NCBI GenBank assembly: GCA_002633005.1
Contig: NMRA01000299.1
Coordinates: forward strand, 248,001 to 312,000
Source of the DNA: Phoronis australis
Taxonomy: Eukaryota > Animalia > Phoronida
Direction of reading: 5' to 3'
DNA length: 64,000 nt
A program made the position numbers and the translations under genes. Shown here piece after piece: positions 63,523-64,000 of this stretch (positions are counted from its first letter, which is position 1; each line of letters starts with the position of its first letter). The notes beneath the pieces were generated by a model, which did no database searches, was not told the origin of the DNA, and saw only the letters and a program-made list of their open reading frames with translations.

Positions 63523-63543
63523 TTTGAAGGAGCCTTCTTTTTC
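63523..63543 (-). CDS. 21-nt phase-2 microexon (KKKAPSK)
   Basis: TTTTTTTTGCAG acceptor, GTAAGT donor; similar to the RAPSK/KAPFK exons. Confidence 0.7.
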
Positions 63544-64000
63544 CTGCAAAAAAATTCGAAAAGATATTATATACAACCATAGCTGTTTGTCAGTCAATAT
63601 TTCTATTACTTCTGTCTAAGACCCAAAACAAAACAAACTTGACTCTGGTCTTAATGCCTCAACTCATTTTGAGACCTGTGCTCACTGTTTCAAACTGCTG
63701 ATCCGCATCTATTTCCGCTGAAGTCTTGTGTTTTAGCATTTTTTGAAAAGCTGTACCATAGTAAGTATCAAGGAATAGATGTAATGATCTGGCACAGGGT
63801 GAGTGAAGAAAACTGCATAATTCTTGCTCATCTCAGGTGGGCTTTCTTTTTTTGAAAAAGTGATCACCTAAAATACAGCAAACCAACAACTTAACTTTGC
63901 AAAAAAAAAACACAAACCACAACCAACAATGCCTGTTAGGTCATCCATACCACTGGAGTGTTTAAATAAATCCGTTTTTCAAATAATAACACTTGACATC

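Larger units (their letters stand above)
1342..63543 (-). other. Multi-exon protein-coding gene (partial, 5' end outside window): microexon-encoded N-terminal region + CC-type LRRs + degenerate Roc-COR (Roco-like pseudo-GTPase)
   Basis: Chain of GT-AG bounded open exons with compatible intron phases from 63543 down to 11245 and from 9879 down to 1900. Translation shows LRR_CC repeats followed by Roc/COR-like motifs. The 11245-9879 link and the last exon are uncertain. Confidence 0.8.

Overview
AT-rich, repeat-dense eukaryotic (invertebrate metazoan-type) genomic DNA with assembly gaps; no prokaryotic operons, rRNA, tRNA or CRISPR arrays were seen. Nearly the whole window is spanned by one intron-rich minus-strand gene that I rebuilt by eye from GT-AG boundaries and intron phases. 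Its start lies beyond position 64000. In transcript order it encodes: (1) a low-complexity N-terminal region built from at least 14 symmetric phase-2 microexons of 15-63 nt, several being clear local duplicates; (2) cysteine-containing (FBXL/AMN1-type) leucine-rich repeats; (3) a Roc-like domain that lacks the P-loop and DxxG motifs; and (4) COR-like sequence, possibly a second degenerate Roc-COR module. The introns are filled with transposons. These include Penelope-like elements with inverted ends carrying hammerhead-like motifs, RTE and CR1/L2 LINE remnants, a BEL/Pao remnant, a DIRS-like element, Kolobok elements (THAP/KolX remnants) and several TIR elements. There are also many co-oriented copies of a Helentron/HINE-like element whose roughly 150-bp subunits each carry a CTCF-consensus-like motif. 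All protein-family calls rest on motif recognition, not database searches.
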